From positions 480,001 through 544,000 of the forward strand of contig CAWCFX010000004.1 in the NCBI GenBank assembly GCA_963795085.1: a DNA stretch of 64,000 nucleotides, read 5' to 3'. The DNA is from an uncultured Gemmatimonadales bacterium (GTDB taxonomy: Bacteria; Gemmatimonadota; Gemmatimonadetes; Gemmatimonadales; GWC2-71-9). Numbering within the stretch: the stretch's first letter is position 1; each line of letters opens with the position of its first letter. The notes under the pieces are model-generated. The model made no database searches. It was not told the origin of the DNA and worked only from the letters and a program-made list of their open reading frames with translations. The translations under genes were made by a program, and so were the position numbers. This document shows, one piece after another, positions 22,798-33,098 of the stretch.

Positions 22798-23434
22798 CCG
22801 CAACTTCGGATTCGTCATGGCGGCCGTGGGCATCGCCTTCTCGGTCTGGGCCTGGCCCCGGCTTCCCGAGGTGGTGACGACCCACTGGAACCTGAAGGGC
22901 GAGCCGGACGGATTTTCCCCGCGGTGGATGGCAGCCGGGTTGCTGCCGCTCGTCCAGGTGGGACTGGTGCTGGTCTTCCGGGTCCTGCCCCGGATCGATC
23001 CGCGGGGCGAGAACTACGCGAAATTCAGCGCCACCTACTGGGTGATTGCCAACAGCGTCATCCTCTTCCTGGCCGGGGTGCATGTTGCCATGCTTCTCGA
23101 GGCCATGGGCATCCCGGTCGACGTCCACCGGATGATCGGTCTGAGCGTCGGGCTCCTGCTCATGGTCATGGGCAACTATCTAGGCAAGGTGCAGCCCAAC
23201 TGGTTCATGGGCGTGCGCACCCCGTGGACCCTGGCCAGCGAGAAGGTCTGGCGACGGACGAATCGCACGGCCGGGTGGCTCTTCGTCCTGGCGGGCCTGC
23301 TCATTGTCATATCGGCATTTATCCCTTCGATCCCGACCGTCACCGTGATGGGGGTTGCCGTGGCCCTCGCTGCGCTCATCCCGGTGATCCAGTCCTACAT
23401 CCTCTGGAAAAAGGAGCAATCCAATGCGCGCTAG
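22790..23434 (+). CDS. sdpI: SdpI-family (DUF1648) membrane immunity protein
   Basis: THWNLKGEPDG, GNYLGKVQPNWFMGVRTPWTL..W..T.R; about six TM helices. Confidence 0.88.
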   Translation: MRNRNFGFVMAAVGIAFSVWAWPRLPEVVTTHWNLKGEPDGFSPRWMAAGLLPLVQVGLVLVFRVLPRIDPRGENYAKFSATYWVIANSVILFLAGVHVAMLLEAMGIPVDVHRMIGLSVGLLLMVMGNYLGKVQPNWFMGVRTPWTLASEKVWRRTNRTAGWLFVLAGLLIVISAFIPSIPTVTVMGVAVALAALIPVIQSYILWKKEQSNAR

Positions 23435-24467
23435 CATATTGGTCATGGCCTGCCTCGCCATTTCCAGCCGGGTGGTTGCCCAGGGAGCACCGGGTCAGCG
23501 AGCGGATACGCTTCCGCCCTCCGGCGCCGAGGAGACCGAGTTTTCGTTTGCTAACGGCAGCGTGACCCTGGCTGGCACGTTGACCGTTCCTCGGACGCGC
23601 GCCGCGGCGGTGCCGGTTGCCGTCATCATTGCCGGCTCCGGGCCCACCGATCGCAACGGGAACAGCCATCTCGGCCCGGGAGTGGTCTATCGCAGCAACG
23701 CGCTGAGTCAGCTCGCCTGGCGGCTCGCCGAAGATGGCATCGCGTCTTTGCGATACGACAAGCGGGTCCTTCCAGCCAGCATGAAACAGATTGACACGAC
23801 TCGGCAGGATGCGCTCGCGGAATACCAGCAATACATTGAATTCGACAATTTTGTGGAAGACGCCGCTGCCGCTGCCCGGTCGCTCGAACATGATCCCCGG
23901 TTCTCGATGGTGATCCTGGTGGGGCACAGCGAGGGAGCCGGGCTCGCCGTCCGGGCTGCCAATCGCGGGGCCCCGGTTCGCGGAGTCGTTCTGCTCGCGG
24001 GTCTGGGACGGCCGTTTCTGGTGACATTGCGGTCGCAGTTGGCGGCCCAATTCGACGCTGCGGCCATGCTGACCTACGACAGCGCCATGGCGAGGTTCCT
24101 GCGCGGCGACCCCACCGGACCGGTCCCGCCCGGCCTGGGGCCACTCTTTGCCCCGGCGAACCGATCGTATATGCGAACGTCATCCGAGTTTGACCCGTCA
24201 CTCGAGGTCGCACAACTCGACGTTCCCGTCCTGATCGTCCAGGGGACGACGGACATCCAGGTGTCGGTGGAGGATGCCGGTCTGTTACACCGGACCCGGC
24301 CCGGGGCTATTCTGGTGGTCCTCGAGGGAGCCAACCACGTCTTCAAGCACGTGCCGGGGACCAGCCAGGCGGCCCAGCTGCCCAGTTACACCGATCCCAC
24401 GATGGCGATCGTTCCCGAGTTGCCCGCGGCGATCACGCGCTGGGTGGGTCGGCTGCCGGAACGGTAG
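23424..24467 (+). CDS. Secreted alpha/beta hydrolase
   Basis: GSGPTDRNG, RYDKR, GHSEG, ANHVFK. Confidence 0.9.
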   Translation: MRASILVMACLAISSRVVAQGAPGQRADTLPPSGAEETEFSFANGSVTLAGTLTVPRTRAAAVPVAVIIAGSGPTDRNGNSHLGPGVVYRSNALSQLAWRLAEDGIASLRYDKRVLPASMKQIDTTRQDALAEYQQYIEFDNFVEDAAAAARSLEHDPRFSMVILVGHSEGAGLAVRAANRGAPVRGVVLLAGLGRPFLVTLRSQLAAQFDAAAMLTYDSAMARFLRGDPTGPVPPGLGPLFAPANRSYMRTSSEFDPSLEVAQLDVPVLIVQGTTDIQVSVEDAGLLHRTRPGAILVVLEGANHVFKHVPGTSQAAQLPSYTDPTMAIVPELPAAITRWVGRLPER

Positions 24468-24524
24468 GCTCGGCGATGAAACCAGGTGGAGGCTTTCGCC
24501 CGGCCATGGATTCCCTGGATTCGG

Positions 24525-25286
24525 TCAAAACCCGATGGACACCCCGGTGTGCAGTGTCGTGTCCAGCGATTCGATCCCGTCCGGCGGCCGGCTGTCGTAA
24601 CGAAGATCGAAGCGAACGGACATCGCAATCTCGCGGGTGATGCCCACCGCCAGCTGCAGGTTCTCCAGGATCCGGAGGTCTCCGGGATGGACGATCCATG
24701 GCTGCACGTAGGTTGTCATGGAGAGGGATAAATGCTCACCCGAACTGGCCCGGAGGGAAATGTAGTTACTGAGCCTAGCGACATTTGTGCGGGCCGGGTG
24801 GGTCGCGGCCGGGGGCAGCTCCAGCCGCTCGTGTTCCATCATGATGGAACTGCCTGCCCACGCGCCATTGGGGCCCCGGTCCAGCAGCCGGACCCGGAGG
24901 CCGGTGCCCAGAAGGCCGCGAAAGTCTATCAGGCGCGGCTTGTCGTAATTGACCTGGCCGTACCATTCCCAGGCCAGCCGCGGCGTCAGCGGGTAGCTCT
25001 GCCTAAGATGGGCGAGCCCGGTGCTGGTGAACTGCTGCCCCTTGAGCAGCCCCAGGGTCGCTTCGCCCACCAGGAAGGTGGTCAGCCGCCGCCCGGGGAT
25101 GTCCACCCTGCCGCGAAGGCCCAGGTCAACCAGTTCGACGTTTCCAGTCTTGACCGCCAGGTCCGCGCCCAGCGTGCCGGAAACGCCGGAGTCAGCGGGC
25201 ACCGGCCGAAGGCTCTCGGTGTTGACCTGCGCCAGAAGCGGGGAACAGTTGAGCCCGAGGAGAACAACGAGAAATCGGAAGGACAT
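24525..25286 (-). CDS. DUF481-family outer-membrane beta-barrel
   Basis: Signal peptide followed by QVNTE, amphipathic strands, terminal Phe. Confidence 0.75.
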   Translation of the reverse strand: MSFRFLVVLLGLNCSPLLAQVNTESLRPVPADSGVSGTLGADLAVKTGNVELVDLGLRGRVDIPGRRLTTFLVGEATLGLLKGQQFTSTGLAHLRQSYPLTPRLAWEWYGQVNYDKPRLIDFRGLLGTGLRVRLLDRGPNGAWAGSSIMMEHERLELPPAATHPARTNVARLSNYISLRASSGEHLSLSMTTYVQPWIVHPGDLRILENLQLAVGITREIAMSVRFDLRYDSRPPDGIESLDTTLHTGVSIGF

Positions 25287-25329
25287 CTTCGGACAATAGA
25301 CGCGGCGGGATGAATGCTCAAGAACTACG

Positions 25330-25350
25330 TCTCACCTCTCACTTCTCACC
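25330..25350. repeat. Heptamer tandem repeat (TCTCACY)x3
   Basis: tctcacc tctcact tctcacc, overlapping the diguanylate cyclase stop. Confidence 0.6.
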
Positions 25351-26947
25351 CGTACACCTCCACCCGGTCCCGCCCGCTCGACTTGGCGCGGTACAGCGCC
25401 TTGTCCGCCGCCGCCACGATCGAGCTGGCGGTGCTGCAGTCCGCCGGGCAGGTCGCTACCCCGATGCTTACCCGGATCGGGATCTCCTGGCCTTCCCGGG
25501 TGGTGGCGGGCCGTCCGATCAGCGCCTCCCGGAGCTTGCCCGCGAGGGTGACGGCGCCATCACGCTGGCAGCGGCGCAGGATCATCCCGATCTCCTCGCC
25601 ACCGTAGCGGCCGATGATGTCGCTGGCCCGCACCGTGGCCTGGAAAATCCGCGCAAGGTGGAGCAGCACCTGGTCGCCGGCCAGGTGGCCGTGGGTGTCG
25701 TTGACCCGCTTGAAGTGGTCCACGTCGATCATCAGGAACGAGAACGGCTCCTGGTGCCGCCGCGCGTACTCCACCGCGTGTTCGAGCTCGGCCATCAGCG
25801 TCGCGTGGTTGAGCAGCCCGGTCAGCCCGTCCCGGTGGACCATCTCGCGCACCCGGCGCCCCCGTTCCGCCCGGTTGATCACCAGCTGCAGCAGCAACTC
25901 CGGATCTACCGGCATCGGAAGGATATGGTCCGCGCCGGCCCGCAGCGCCTCGATCTGGTCGCTGGTAGTCCGGTCGTTGGCGAGGAACACGATCGGCAGC
26001 AGCGCGAACCTGGGGTCCTGCCGCACCAGCCGAGCCAGCGTGAACCCGTCCATCCCGCGCAGGTGGGCATCCAGCAGGAGCAGGTCGGGCAGGTCCCGCA
26101 CCAGGGTTTCCCGCGCCTGCATGGGATCCTGGCAATGGCTCACCAGGATGTTGGCTCGGGACAGGATGGCGGCGATCGACTCGGCATCCTCGTCCTTCTC
26201 CATCACCAGCAGGACGCTGGACGGGGGGGTCCCGATCCGGGCCAGGGTCTTGGCGTAGACCGGCAAGTCGTGGCCGACCCGGTCCAGCGGCAGGATCGTA
26301 TCGATGCCCGCCGCCACCGCGCGAAGCCGGTCGCTGTCCCCCGTCGGGTCCACCAGCACAATGCTCCGGGGCCGCAGCGGCCGCCGCCCCGACAGCGCGG
26401 CCGCCGTCGCGTACGGATCGGAGTGGGCTTGCCCGCCGACCACCACCACCATGTCCGGCGTGTCCGACACCGCCAGCAGCGGCGGGTCGCTGACCGGAGT
26501 CGTCTCCACCTGGTACCCCACGCCCCGCAACACTTCTTCCAGCTGGCTGGTGACCGGTCCCGGGTTGCCGAAGATCAGCGCCGTCCACCGGAACCCGGAG
26601 GGTGGCACCGCGGTGGATCCCGGGGTGAGCCCGTTGCCCGACTGGTTGAAGCAGGCCGCCAGCCGGTCGATCGCATCGTCCAGCCGGCCCGCATCGCCCG
26701 CCGAGGGCGGCGGATCGGTCTTGAGCCACCGTTCCATCGTCTGCCCGATTTCGCTCACCTCGGGAAAGCCGTAGCTGCCTCCCGATCCCGCCAGCCGGTG
26801 AAACAGGATGATGAGGGACTTGATGGCGTCGGGTTCCCCCGCCCGAAAGGCGGCCACGTCCTTCCGGAGCTCGGCCATCCGGGTCGGTGAATCCGCCACG
26901 TATTCCCGGCGAAGCTGGGCCAGCACCTGTGCCAGATCCTCGCTCAC
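25346..26947 (-). CDS. Hpt / receiver / GGDEF diguanylate cyclase
   Basis: HRLAGSGGSYGF Hpt motif, REC domains, DGLTGLLN, DVDHFKRVND, RYGGEE. GTG start overlaps the upstream stop. Confidence 0.93.
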   Translation of the reverse strand: MSEDLAQVLAQLRREYVADSPTRMAELRKDVAAFRAGEPDAIKSLIILFHRLAGSGGSYGFPEVSEIGQTMERWLKTDPPPSAGDAGRLDDAIDRLAACFNQSGNGLTPGSTAVPPSGFRWTALIFGNPGPVTSQLEEVLRGVGYQVETTPVSDPPLLAVSDTPDMVVVVGGQAHSDPYATAAALSGRRPLRPRSIVLVDPTGDSDRLRAVAAGIDTILPLDRVGHDLPVYAKTLARIGTPPSSVLLVMEKDEDAESIAAILSRANILVSHCQDPMQARETLVRDLPDLLLLDAHLRGMDGFTLARLVRQDPRFALLPIVFLANDRTTSDQIEALRAGADHILPMPVDPELLLQLVINRAERGRRVREMVHRDGLTGLLNHATLMAELEHAVEYARRHQEPFSFLMIDVDHFKRVNDTHGHLAGDQVLLHLARIFQATVRASDIIGRYGGEEIGMILRRCQRDGAVTLAGKLREALIGRPATTREGQEIPIRVSIGVATCPADCSTASSIVAAADKALYRAKSSGRDRVEVYG

Positions 26948-27624
26948 CGCGGCCTCCACGAATTGAGCGTCCGCGCCGCCGCCGCGACGAACGCGGGAGA
27001 TACGCTCCAGTGGCCCCGCACCTCGCGGCCATTCCGCGAACCGATCAGGGCGGTCGTGCCGTCAATGACCGCGATGAGGGGATCTCCCGGCCAGACCAGG
27101 GCGGTCACCGCCGCCACCGGCGCGAAATCGAGGGTTACCGGCGAGGTGGACAGCAGGGTCAGCGGCAGGTTGGCCGCGGCCACCCGGCGCAACGTGGGGG
27201 CCAGGATGGGGTAGGCATCGGGTGGGAGGAGCAGGGCCACGCTGGACTGGGCCCGGGTAATTTCGTGGGTGATCACCTGCAGCGCCCCGCGCGGCGAGTT
27301 GATGTCCACCAGGGTGGGGCTTTCCTGCCCGCCAAAACTCGCCAGTGCTTCGTTGAGCCGCTCGAGCTCCTGCCCCTGGCGGTTGGTGATCCGGGCCAGC
27401 AGCGCGCGTGGCGACTCCGCCCGGTACCGCTTGGGCCGGTCTCCCTCCACCAGTGCGGCGCCCTTGGTGACCAGGCCTTCGAGCGCACCATAGGTATTGG
27501 CCCGGGCCAGGCCCGCCGCCTGGGCGATGGCGTAACCGGTCCCCTCGCCCGACTCGAGCAGGACCTGGTAGACCCTGCTCTCGGTGGGCGTGAATCCAAA
27601 GGGCGTAAGATCGATTGCGGACAT
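26944..27624 (-). CDS. TrmB-family HTH transcriptional regulator
   Basis: FGFTPTESRVYQVLL..GTGYAIA..GLARANTYGALEGL. Confidence 0.85.
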   Translation of the reverse strand: MSAIDLTPFGFTPTESRVYQVLLESGEGTGYAIAQAAGLARANTYGALEGLVTKGAALVEGDRPKRYRAESPRALLARITNRQGQELERLNEALASFGGQESPTLVDINSPRGALQVITHEITRAQSSVALLLPPDAYPILAPTLRRVAAANLPLTLLSTSPVTLDFAPVAAVTALVWPGDPLIAVIDGTTALIGSRNGREVRGHWSVSPAFVAAAARTLNSWRPR

Positions 27625-27661
27625 CCTGCTTTCGGTTGGAAGCGGAGAGTGCCCCGAACTC

Positions 27662-28816
27662 CTACCGTGTCTCGGTGGTCCACCCGAGCAGCGTGGCGAT
27701 CAGCGCCAGGCGGAACGTAACGTCGACCTGCCGGCTTTCCGTGTGCTTGCTGGATTCGGCTTCCAGCGGGAAGTAATGATAGGCGGCCCGGTTCTGCAGC
27801 TTGGGCTGAGACCGCAGGTTCTTGGGGTGCCAGACCCCGCTCTCGTCACAGTCCTTGAGCAGCCGGGTGAGCACCCGGGTTGCGACCGGCGCTGTGTGCA
27901 AGGCCCCGATCCGGGCGAGCAGCTCGATGAAATGCAGCGCCAGGGGAATATCCTTGGCATTGCCTTTGGCATCGGCGTCGATCGGATCCCCGAGCAACAG
28001 GTGCTGGGGTTTGAGCGCCTTTTTCCCGACCTGGACGACATAGGCCTTCTTGGGCGCCGGCTGCGCCAGGTAGTGCCCCAGGCGCTCGGTAAACCCGGCC
28101 CGCTCCCGCTGAAGATTGGGCATCGCGGCGATGGTCGCCACGGAATACCAGGTGGGCGGCGTCGCCTCCGGGTGGAGCACGGTCTTGCTGCCGCTTCGGA
28201 CAAACGGCTTCTCGGCAAGGGGGCTCCGCAGGAAATGGGAAACCTCGTTGGCTATCTTGTGCGCCGCGCCCCGCACCCGCGGATCCTCCAGATGCCCCGA
28301 CTCCGCCAGCGCCGCCGTGGCTGCTTCGCGGATCGAGTTCCTCGCCCACTCGCGCGCCAGCGGCTCGGCTTTCACCAGCTTCTGGAACTCGAAGAGCAGG
28401 GCCGGGTCTTCGTCCCGTGAAAGCAGCCGAAACAACATCCGCTCGGTCAGCCGATAGGGACGGGTATCGCGCGGATAGCCGAGTTGCACCAGCCGCCGGT
28501 ACTGCGGCACGGTCCCGACGTCCTTGATGCCGGCGGCCGCGCTCGGCGCCAGGCCCAGCAGGTTGGCGGACCAGACCCCGGTCTCTTTCTGCTTCTTGAG
28601 AACCAGCGCGGCGGCCTTGGACTCGACCACGGCGGCCTGGGCAGTCGCAATGTCCTCGGCGCTGACCGATCCGCCAGGGGCCAGCTCGGCCAAGGTGCGG
28701 TAGCGGACGGTCTCACAGCCCTTTTCCAGGAGCCACGAGATCGGAACGCTGTGATGGCTAGGGAGATCCAGAAGCACTCCTCTGTCAGGGGAGGCCAAGG
28801 CTGCAAACGGCGGCAA
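27662..28816 (-). CDS. Hypothetical protein (start uncertain)
   Basis: Long ORF co-oriented with trmB and the cyclase. Confidence 0.75.
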   Translation of the reverse strand: MPPFAALASPDRGVLLDLPSHHSVPISWLLEKGCETVRYRTLAELAPGGSVSAEDIATAQAAVVESKAAALVLKKQKETGVWSANLLGLAPSAAAGIKDVGTVPQYRRLVQLGYPRDTRPYRLTERMLFRLLSRDEDPALLFEFQKLVKAEPLAREWARNSIREAATAALAESGHLEDPRVRGAAHKIANEVSHFLRSPLAEKPFVRSGSKTVLHPEATPPTWYSVATIAAMPNLQRERAGFTERLGHYLAQPAPKKAYVVQVGKKALKPQHLLLGDPIDADAKGNAKDIPLALHFIELLARIGALHTAPVATRVLTRLLKDCDESGVWHPKNLRSQPKLQNRAAYHYFPLEAESSKHTESRQVDVTFRLALIATLLGWTTETR

Positions 28817-28951
28817 AAATACACCGGATAGAGCCGAGCTACTAGGGGCTGGGACGGAAAAGCGTTAAAAAGTAGGGATTTACGACCCCGATGTTTCATA
28901 TGGCGACGTAAAGGTCGATCACCGGGGCCGGATCAGGCTCACGGGGCTGAT

Positions 28952-30583
28952 TCAACGCAGTCGTTGCTCCCCCGCCGCCCTGAACTCCGACCCCTCGGAC
29001 CAGGTTGGCGGGGCCGCCGTTTCGGCGATCAGCATGGCAGTCCGCAGCACGACTTTGATCTGCTGGACGGCCCCGGCCATGGTGAACCAGTCCAGCATTT
29101 CGTCCGCCGCCTGGTGATACCGGGCCTGGTTGTACTCCTCCTTCCGCGCCCGCCCCCAGCCCTCCTCCCGGCCCAGGTACATATCGCCGGGTTCGACCGA
29201 GAGGCTGGGTACCCCGGCCCGTGCGAACGGGAAGTGATCCGATCGAAAGAACGATCCCCGGATCAGCGCTCCGGAATCCACCGTCACCCGAAGGCCCTCC
29301 GCGGCGGCGGCCCGCCGGAACACGGTGCCCAGCGAACTGTGCTCGGTGCCCAGGGCGGACACGTCCCGGGTCGGGCCGTAGAGGTTCATCACATCCATGT
29401 TCAGCATGGCGGCAACCCGCTGGAATGGTACCGAGGGCCGGGCTGCGTAGGCCTGGGAGCCAATCAATCCCGATTCTTCGGCGGCGATCGCCATGAAAAC
29501 GATGGAGCGTCCCGGCCGCACGCCACTCCGCGCGAAGGCCTCCGCGGCGGCCAGTACCGCGGCGGTGCCGCTCGCGTTGTCCTCGGCGCCGTTGTAGATC
29601 GAGTCGCCGTTGACCGGCGCGCGAACGCCGAGGTGGTCGTAGTGGCCACCAATGATGACCACCTCGTCCGCCCGCGGCCCCCGGCCGGGGTACTTCGCAG
29701 CCACGTTATGGGTGGCCGACCGGCGAATCTCGCTTCTCACCCGGGCTTCCACGGAAACATTGAGGGCCACCGGCCTGAATCCCTGGCGTACCGCGCTCGC
29801 GGTCAGCCCGGCCAGGTCCTGCCCAGCGCGGCGCGCGAGATTCGCGGCTGCGGCTTCGCTGAGCCACCCGGCCACCACCAGGGAACTGGCCGGGGTCTCC
29901 AGCCGGACCTGGGGTCCGGTCCAGGATCCCGTCACGGTTGCCCAGCCGTAGGTCGCGCTCTCCGGCGTGTGCACCAGCAGTACGCCGGCGGCTCCCTGCC
30001 GGGCGGCCTCTTCCAGCTTGTAGGTCCACCGGCCGTAATAGGTGAGCGCCCGCCCCTTGAAAATCGTCGAGTCGCGCAGGCCGGGATCGTTGACGAGCAG
30101 CAGGACGACCTTTCCCCTGACGTCCAGGCCTGCGTAGTCATTCCACCCGTACTCGGGCGCCACGATGCCGTACCCCGCGAACACGACCTCACCCCGGGTT
30201 TCGACCTCGGGTTCGTTGCGCATGGACCAGAGCACGAAGTCGTCCCGGTAGCTGAGCGGCTGGCCCTCGCCGGCCAGCCGCAGCACCGGGTCGGGGGTCA
30301 ACGAGATGATGGGGACCCGGTGATACCAGGTGCCGCTGTCGCCCGCGGGTTCCAGGCCCAGCCGGGTGAACTGGGAAGCGATGTACCGCGCCGCCAGCTC
30401 ACCGCCCCGGGTGCCGGGCGCCCGTCCCTCGAGCAGGTCGTCGGAGAGGAACTCCAGGTGGGCACGGAGCGCGCTGGAGTCCACCGCCCGTGCCACCCGC
30501 GTGGCTGCGGACGGGCCTTGCTGAGCCACCAGCCCATTCGCCGCCAGGGCCAGCGCCGTTAACGCGATCAATGTTCTGCGCAT
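28952..30583 (-). CDS. M28-family peptidase with PA domain
   Basis: GHYDHLG, NGAEDNASG, AEESGL, RSDH, YHQ; signal peptide from MRRTL. Confidence 0.93.
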   Translation of the reverse strand: MRRTLIALTALALAANGLVAQQGPSAATRVARAVDSSALRAHLEFLSDDLLEGRAPGTRGGELAARYIASQFTRLGLEPAGDSGTWYHRVPIISLTPDPVLRLAGEGQPLSYRDDFVLWSMRNEPEVETRGEVVFAGYGIVAPEYGWNDYAGLDVRGKVVLLLVNDPGLRDSTIFKGRALTYYGRWTYKLEEAARQGAAGVLLVHTPESATYGWATVTGSWTGPQVRLETPASSLVVAGWLSEAAAANLARRAGQDLAGLTASAVRQGFRPVALNVSVEARVRSEIRRSATHNVAAKYPGRGPRADEVVIIGGHYDHLGVRAPVNGDSIYNGAEDNASGTAAVLAAAEAFARSGVRPGRSIVFMAIAAEESGLIGSQAYAARPSVPFQRVAAMLNMDVMNLYGPTRDVSALGTEHSSLGTVFRRAAAAEGLRVTVDSGALIRGSFFRSDHFPFARAGVPSLSVEPGDMYLGREEGWGRARKEEYNQARYHQAADEMLDWFTMAGAVQQIKVVLRTAMLIAETAAPPTWSEGSEFRAAGEQRLR

Positions 30584-30618
30584 CTCGTTCCGCCTCCAGG
30601 AGGTCCTGCCAGGTTGAT

Positions 30619-32211
30619 TCAATCCCGCCTAAAGCGCGACCCAGGCGCCCACGCGGGGCGGTCTGCCGCGCTGGCCACGTCCAGGGCCATTCGGGCCACG
30701 ACCCGGGCCTGCTGCATCGCGCCCGCCATGCTGAAAGTACTGTCCATCTGGTCGGCCGGCTGGTGATACCGCTCGGCGAAGTACCGGTTCCACTGGTCCA
30801 GCGCCCAGGCGGGACTTCGTCCGACGAAGCTCCAGCCCAGGAACACGAACACGGCGGGGACCCCGGCCCGGGCAAAGGGGAGCTGGTCCGAGCGGAGGAA
30901 AAAGGCCTCGATGGAGTCCGGCTGGGAAGCCGGTACCAGCAACCCTTCTGCCCGGGCCGCCCGCCGAAATGAACCGTCCAGCGAGGATTCCCGGAGACCC
31001 AGCGCAGAGGCATCCCGGGTCGCGCCATGCAGGTTGGCCGCGTCCAGGTTGATCATCGCGGCCACCGAAGCCAGCGGCACCGGCGGCCGCGCCACAAAGG
31101 CTTCCGCCCCTACCAGCCCGATCTCTTCGGCATCGAATCCAACGAACAACAGGGACCGCGATGGCGAAACCCCGCTTCTGGCGAACGCCTCGGCGAGGGC
31201 CAGCAGCTGAGCCGTACCGCCGGCGTTATCCTCGGCGCCGTTGTAGATCGAGTCGCCGTTCACGGCAGGACCGATCCCCAGGTGATCGTAGTGCGCGCCA
31301 ATGACGACAACCTGGTCTGCCAGAGGCCCCGATCCCGCGAGCCGGCCCGCCACGTTTCGGCCATTGATGGTCCGAACCTGGTTGGTGACGGTCCCCTGCA
31401 CCGGGACTCCCAGCCGGATCGGGCCGGTCATCCCCGCCCGGCTCATCGCGATCGCCTGGTCAAGTGTATGGCCCGCGGCGCCGAGCAGCCGCTCTCCCCC
31501 GGTGGCACTGAGCCAGCCGGAGACAGCCGCGTCGTTCGGCGCCGCCCCCGCGCCTGGCATGTCGCTGGTGACCTGCTCCTGGCTCCAGTACTGCTGGATC
31601 TCGTGCCAATCGAATCCGGCGATATCCCGCCGATGGATCACCAGAGTGGCAAGGGCGCCATGGCGAGCCGCCACCATGGTCTTGTAGGCCCGGCTGTCGG
31701 CCTCGTCCGGGAGCTTCGCCGGCGGAACCCCCGGCGGCAATCCCGCCAGGACGACGACCACTTTTCCGCTGACATCCTGACCCCGGTAGTCGTCCCACAC
31801 CGCCGAGGATATCCCATACCCGGCGAAGACGGCCTCGTTTCGGAAATGGGCCTCTTCTCCGGCGGCTACGGTCGTGAGCAACTGTTCGGTTCCGTAATGA
31901 AGACTGTCGGAGCCGATGACCACCGTGGAGGCGATGTTGCGGACGATGCGAAACCTGAAATGGTGAAACCAGGTCCCGTCGTCACCTGCCGGACGCAGTC
32001 CCGCGGCCTGGAACTGCCCGGCGAGGTACCCACCCGCCCGCCGTCCCCCCGGGGTATCCGGTGCCCGGCCTTCCATGGAATCATGCGCCAGGATGGACAG
32101 GTGAGCTTTCATCCGGTTCGAATCCAGCGCGGCCAGCACCCGGTCAACCGGTTCCTGCGCGGAGAGCGCCAGGGGAAACCACAGGGCCGCTACCAGGGCT
32201 GGACATCTCAT
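30619..32211 (-). CDS. M28-family peptidase with PA domain (paralog of the adjacent gene)
   Basis: AHYDHLG, NGAEDNAGG, AEEIGL, RSDQ, YHQ. Confidence 0.92.
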   Translation of the reverse strand: MRCPALVAALWFPLALSAQEPVDRVLAALDSNRMKAHLSILAHDSMEGRAPDTPGGRRAGGYLAGQFQAAGLRPAGDDGTWFHHFRFRIVRNIASTVVIGSDSLHYGTEQLLTTVAAGEEAHFRNEAVFAGYGISSAVWDDYRGQDVSGKVVVVLAGLPPGVPPAKLPDEADSRAYKTMVAARHGALATLVIHRRDIAGFDWHEIQQYWSQEQVTSDMPGAGAAPNDAAVSGWLSATGGERLLGAAGHTLDQAIAMSRAGMTGPIRLGVPVQGTVTNQVRTINGRNVAGRLAGSGPLADQVVVIGAHYDHLGIGPAVNGDSIYNGAEDNAGGTAQLLALAEAFARSGVSPSRSLLFVGFDAEEIGLVGAEAFVARPPVPLASVAAMINLDAANLHGATRDASALGLRESSLDGSFRRAARAEGLLVPASQPDSIEAFFLRSDQLPFARAGVPAVFVFLGWSFVGRSPAWALDQWNRYFAERYHQPADQMDSTFSMAGAMQQARVVARMALDVASAADRPAWAPGSRFRRD

Positions 32212-33098
32212 TGCGGTTCCCTCGAATGGAGAAAAGTGAGAATTTCTCGGGCTACCCGTTCCGGCTGCTCGACATGGGGCCGGTGCCACGCGTTGCCGAT
32301 CTCCACCAGCCTTCCGTGCGGCAGGCTGGCGGCGATCTTCAGGCCGATTTCTATCGGAATGAGGGGATCCATTCCGCCCCACAGCAGCAGTGTCGGCTGG
32401 GTCAGCTGCGAGAAGCGGCCCTTCATGGCGGTAAAGTCAAAGTCGCGGAGAAACATGGTGGCGGCCATTCGTTCGGCGCTGTCGGACCGCGCGGCCGGTC
32501 CCGGCTCGGGGGGATCGGCAAGCCAGGCGGGGTCCTCGATCGGTACCAGCAGTTCCCGCGCTTTCAGGGCTGCCGCCGCCAGGGTCCTGGCGTCATCGGA
32601 CACCGGTTCGTTGCCGAGGCCAAGCCCCAGTCCGTAGCCGGCGGGGGCGATGAGTATGGCCGACACAATCCGGTCCGGTCTCCGGATGGCCAGTTCGGCG
32701 GCGATCTCTCCCCCCATGGAATGGCCCACAACCACGACCGGGCCGCGGATCCACGAGTCGAGCGCCCGCTCCAGCCGGGACGCCATGGGGCCCAGGTCGT
32801 ACCCGCTGGACGGCTTCTCGCTGAGGCCGGAGCCGGGCAGGTCCAGCGCGACCACCGAGTACTGTGCCGCCAGCGGCTCGATCAGCCCGCGGAACGCGAG
32901 CAGCGATTCGCCAAAGCCATGGAGCAGCAGGAGGGTCGTGTCCCCTGCGCCGGTCCGCAGTACCCGGAGATGCACGTCGCCGGCCGGCAGCCATTCGGCC
33001 TGGTAGGGCTCGCGGGCTTGCTGGCCCCGGTCCAGCAGAAAGACGAGCGGCACCGTGAGCGCGGCCGCGAGCATCCACCACTTGCTCCGGCGGGTCAT
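32208..33098 (-). CDS. Alpha/beta fold hydrolase
   Basis: LLHGFG, DLPGSG, GHSMGG, WHRPHVE. Confidence 0.92.
   Translation of the reverse strand: MTRRSKWWMLAAALTVPLVFLLDRGQQAREPYQAEWLPAGDVHLRVLRTGAGDTTLLLLHGFGESLLAFRGLIEPLAAQYSVVALDLPGSGLSEKPSSGYDLGPMASRLERALDSWIRGPVVVVGHSMGGEIAAELAIRRPDRIVSAILIAPAGYGLGLGLGNEPVSDDARTLAAAALKARELLVPIEDPAWLADPPEPGPAARSDSAERMAATMFLRDFDFTAMKGRFSQLTQPTLLLWGGMDPLIPIEIGLKIAASLPHGRLVEIGNAWHRPHVEQPERVAREILTFLHSREPQ

Noticed and set aside
28952..32211. Tandem M28 peptidases as a novel system
   Set aside because: Ordinary paralog duplication with standard motifs.
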